A DNA stretch of 64,000 nucleotides from contig CAWFFN010000005.1 of assembly GCA_963815115.1 (NCBI GenBank), forward strand, positions 608,001 to 672,000, given 5' to 3'. The notes beneath the pieces were generated by a model, which searched no databases, was not told the origin of the DNA, and was given only the letters and a program-made list of their open reading frames with translations. Positions 61,110-64,000 of this stretch are shown piece after piece. Each line of letters opens with the position of its first letter. Position 1 is the first letter of the stretch. Both the position numbers and the translations under genes were made by a program. Source of the DNA: an uncultured delta proteobacterium (GTDB lineage Bacteria > Desulfobacterota > Binatia > DP-6).

Positions 61110-61205
61110 GCGCGGCCCGCACCCCGCCGCCTCGAGGGAGGGCGGGAAGCCTCCTTCCGAAATCGAGGGGCGAAGCTCTGCCCGCAACCCGGTGAAGGCA
61201 CAGCC

Positions 61206-63344
61206 ATGAAATTGGTGATCCGTGACGGTCGCAGCGTGCCGCGCGTCGAGGACGTGCCGAGACCCGCGGCACGGCCGGGGTACGTGCTCGTCCGCACGCA
61301 GGTGTCGCTGGTGAGCGCCGGGACGGAGCGCTCCGCGGCGGCGTTTGCGGGTCTGTCGCTGGCGGCGAAGGCCGCGCGACGGCCCGATCTGGTCCGTCAG
61401 GTGATGGACAAGGTGCGGCGCGACGGCCTGTGGGAGGCGCAGCGCGCCGTGCGCACCCGGCTGGGCGTTGCCGAGCCGCTCGGCTACAGCGCCGCGGGCG
61501 TCGTCGAGGAGGACGGCACGGGCCGCCATCCCGCGGGCACGCTGGTGGCGTGCGCCGGGGGCGGTCACGCCGCGCACGCCGAGGTGAACCTCGTGCCGCG
61601 CAACCTGATCGCCGCCGTGCCGCCGGGCGTGTCCGCGGAGGACGCCGCCTTCGCCACGGTCGGATCGGTGGCGCTGCACGCGGTCCGGCTGACCCGAGGC
61701 ACGCTGGGCGACCACGTCGCGGTGCTCGGCCTCGGGCTGCTGGGCCAGCTCGCCGCCCAGCTCCTGCGCGCCGCCGGGTGCACGGTGTTCGGCCTCGATC
61801 CGCAGCCCCCGCGGGCCGACCTCGCCGCGGGCCTCGGCTGTCACCACGTCGCCACCGACGGCCCGGCGCTGGAGCGCCTGGTGCGGGAGCGGACGGGCGA
61901 CCGCGGCGTCGACGCGGTGGTGATCGCGGCGTCGGCGCCCAACAGCGACCCGGTCGCGACGGCGGCGGCCATCGCCCGCGGACGTGCCCGGATCGTCGTC
62001 CTCGGCGACACGCAGCTCCACCTCGACCGGCGGCCGTTCTACGAGAAGGAGCTCCGGCTCGTCGTGTCGCGCTCGTACGGCCCCGGCCGCTACGACCGTG
62101 ACTACGAGGAGCGCGGCGTCGACTACCCGTACGAGTACGTGCGCTGGACCCTCGGCCGAAACCTGGAGGCGTTCCTCGGTCTCGTGCCCCAGCTGCGCCT
62201 GGGCTCCCTGGTCACCCATCGCTTCGACGTCGCCGACGCAGGACGCGCCTACGAGCTGCTGCTGGGCGCGAACAGCGCCTCGGCGCTCGGCATCCTGCTT
62301 CACTACCCGCACGCGAGCGAGCCCGCGCCGCAGACCGTGCGGCTGGCGTCGATCGGGGGCGCGCCGGCGGCGGACCCGGGGGTGAGCGTGATCGGCGCCG
62401 GTACCTATGCCCGCGCGACGCTCCTCCCGGCCCTCGAGAAGCTGTCCGGCATCCGCCGCGTGAGCCTGGTGACGGCGAAAGGGCTGAGCGCCTGGGACGC
62501 CGGGCGGCGCTTCGGCTTCGCGACGTGCTCGACCGACCTCGAGGCGGCGTTCGGTGCCGACACCACGCTCGTCGTCGTCGCCACCCGGAACGGCTCGCAC
62601 GCCGCGCTCGTGCGCGAGTGCCTCGCGCGCGGCAAGGCCGTCCTGTGCGAGAAGCCGCTCTGCGTCTCGGACGAGGAGCTGGATGGGTTGGCGGCAGCCC
62701 ATGCGAGCGCCAGCCGCCCCTTCGTGATGGTCGGCTACAATCGCCGCTTCGCGCCGCTGGTGGTGCGGCTGCGCGAGCGGCTCGCCGGGATCGGCCGCCC
62801 GCTGGTGCTGTCGTACCGCGTGAACGCGGGGGCCGTGCCGCGCCAGAGCTGGCTGCATGACGACGCGGAGGGCGGCGGACGGCTGGTCGGCGAGGCCTGC
62901 CACTTCGTCGACCTGCTGAGCTACCTGGCGGGCGCACCGCCGCGCCGCGTGCACGCCGTGCGTCCCCGGGGGGCAGGGGAGTCGAGTGACCCCGAGACCT
63001 TCACCGCGCTGCTCGAGCTCGCCAACGGCTCGGTCGGGACCCTCGTCTACTCCGCCGACGGCGATCCGGTGCACCCGAAGGAGCGGCTCGAGATCGTGGG
63101 TGGCGGCGCCGTCGCGGTGCTCGACGACTTCCGCGAGCTGGTCGTCACGCATCGCGGGCGGCGCGAGCGCTTGCGCACCTGGGGCCGCGACAAGGGGCAA
63201 GCGGAGGCGCTGCACGCGGCGGTGGAGGCGACCCGCTCCGGCGCCCCGGAGCCCGTCCCGTTCGACGACGTCGTGCGCGGCATGCGCGCCGTCTTCGCGA
63301 TCCGCCGCGCGTTCGCCGGCGGCGCGCCCGTGGACGTCGCATGA
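61206..63344 (+). CDS. Bi-domain oxidoreductase (MDR dehydrogenase plus Gfo/Idh/MocA)
   Basis: VSAGTE, LGYSAAG, GLGLLG, SRSYGPGRYD, IGAG, EKPL, VGYNRRF, GEACHFVD. Confidence 0.9.
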   Translation: MKLVIRDGRSVPRVEDVPRPAARPGYVLVRTQVSLVSAGTERSAAAFAGLSLAAKAARRPDLVRQVMDKVRRDGLWEAQRAVRTRLGVAEPLGYSAAGVVEEDGTGRHPAGTLVACAGGGHAAHAEVNLVPRNLIAAVPPGVSAEDAAFATVGSVALHAVRLTRGTLGDHVAVLGLGLLGQLAAQLLRAAGCTVFGLDPQPPRADLAAGLGCHHVATDGPALERLVRERTGDRGVDAVVIAASAPNSDPVATAAAIARGRARIVVLGDTQLHLDRRPFYEKELRLVVSRSYGPGRYDRDYEERGVDYPYEYVRWTLGRNLEAFLGLVPQLRLGSLVTHRFDVADAGRAYELLLGANSASALGILLHYPHASEPAPQTVRLASIGGAPAADPGVSVIGAGTYARATLLPALEKLSGIRRVSLVTAKGLSAWDAGRRFGFATCSTDLEAAFGADTTLVVVATRNGSHAALVRECLARGKAVLCEKPLCVSDEELDGLAAAHASASRPFVMVGYNRRFAPLVVRLRERLAGIGRPLVLSYRVNAGAVPRQSWLHDDAEGGGRLVGEACHFVDLLSYLAGAPPRRVHAVRPRGAGESSDPETFTALLELANGSVGTLVYSADGDPVHPKERLEIVGGGAVAVLDDFRELVVTHRGRRERLRTWGRDKGQAEALHAAVEATRSGAPEPVPFDDVVRGMRAVFAIRRAFAGGAPVDVA

Positions 63345-64000
63345 CGACGAAGGTCGCCCTCGTGGCCGGCGCGCGGCCGAACTACATGAAGATCGCACCC
63401 ATCTGGTGGGCGATGCGCGAGCATGCGGCCGCGCGCTTCGCACCGCTGCTGGTGCACACCGGCCAGCACTACGACGACAGCATGTCGGGCGCCTTCTTTC
63501 GCGACCTCGGGCTGCCCGAGCCCGCCATCAACCTCGGCGTCGGGTCGGGCTCGCATGCCGCGCAGACGGCGAAGGTCATGGCGGGGTTCGAGCAGGTCCT
63601 GCTCACGGAGCGGCCCGGCGCGGTGATCGTCGTCGGCGACGTCAACTCGACCGCGGCCTGCGCGCTGGTGACCGCCAAGATCGACCTCGGCGGCAACGGC
63701 CGCCCCGTGCGGCCCCTGCTGGCGCACGTCGAGGCCGGGCTCCGGAGCCGCGATCGCGACATGCCGGAGGAGGTGAACCGCGTCGTCGCCGACGCCCTCT
63801 CCGACGTCCTGTTCACCACCTGCCGCGAGGCCGGAGACAACCTCCTGCGCGAGGGGCTGGCACGGGAGCGCATCCACTTCGTCGGCAACCCGATGATCGA
63901 CTCGCTGCGGCGCTCCCTCGCCGATGCCGACGCGTGCGCCGCCCTGCCGGCGCTCGGGCTCGAGGGCCGGCCATTCGGGCTGTGCACCCTGCACCGGCCG
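63341..64000 (+). CDS. wecB: UDP-N-acetylglucosamine 2-epimerase (non-hydrolysing), 3' truncated by the window
   Basis: GARPNYMKIAP, HTGQHYD, VGDVNST, AHVEAGLRS, MPEEVNR, VGNPMID, TLHRP. Absent from the ORF track, probably because it runs off the end. Confidence 0.92.
   Translation, partial: MTTKVALVAGARPNYMKIAPIWWAMREHAAARFAPLLVHTGQHYDDSMSGAFFRDLGLPEPAINLGVGSGSHAAQTAKVMAGFEQVLLTERPGAVIVVGDVNSTAACALVTAKIDLGGNGRPVRPLLAHVEAGLRSRDRDMPEEVNRVVADALSDVLFTTCREAGDNLLREGLARERIHFVGNPMIDSLRRSLADADACAALPALGLEGRPFGLCTLHRP

Overview
GC-rich bacterial chromosome segment. The secreted-protein architectures and gene content suggest Candidatus Binatia or a related deltaproteobacterium-like lineage (inference). 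It holds about 40 protein-coding genes. Housekeeping and envelope genes: AsmA-like (partial), frmA/adhC, lnt, pbpC plus alpha-2-macroglobulin, dapL, cpoB-like, gpsA, korAB and an ATP-dependent DNA ligase. Other content: a peptidase/ATP-grasp pair, a sigma-54-driven DUF2126 transglutaminase, several large cysteine-rich secreted proteins, an intact IS1182 in a CTAG site, a related MITE-like palindrome, and the start of an exopolysaccharide cluster under sigma-54 and NusG-paralog control. The best candidate for an undescribed system is at 39.2-48.5 kb. It comprises an ECF sigma factor, a soluble tandem zinc-finger anti-sigma-like protein, a membrane-anchored CHAT (caspase-like) protease with periplasmic domains, and a translationally coupled outer-membrane barrel, all divergent from a large FG-GAP surface protein. 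This looks like a protease-gated trans-envelope signalling cascade with no CRISPR components in this window. No rRNA, tRNA or CRISPR array was recognised. All calls are by eye from motifs; no database searches were run.
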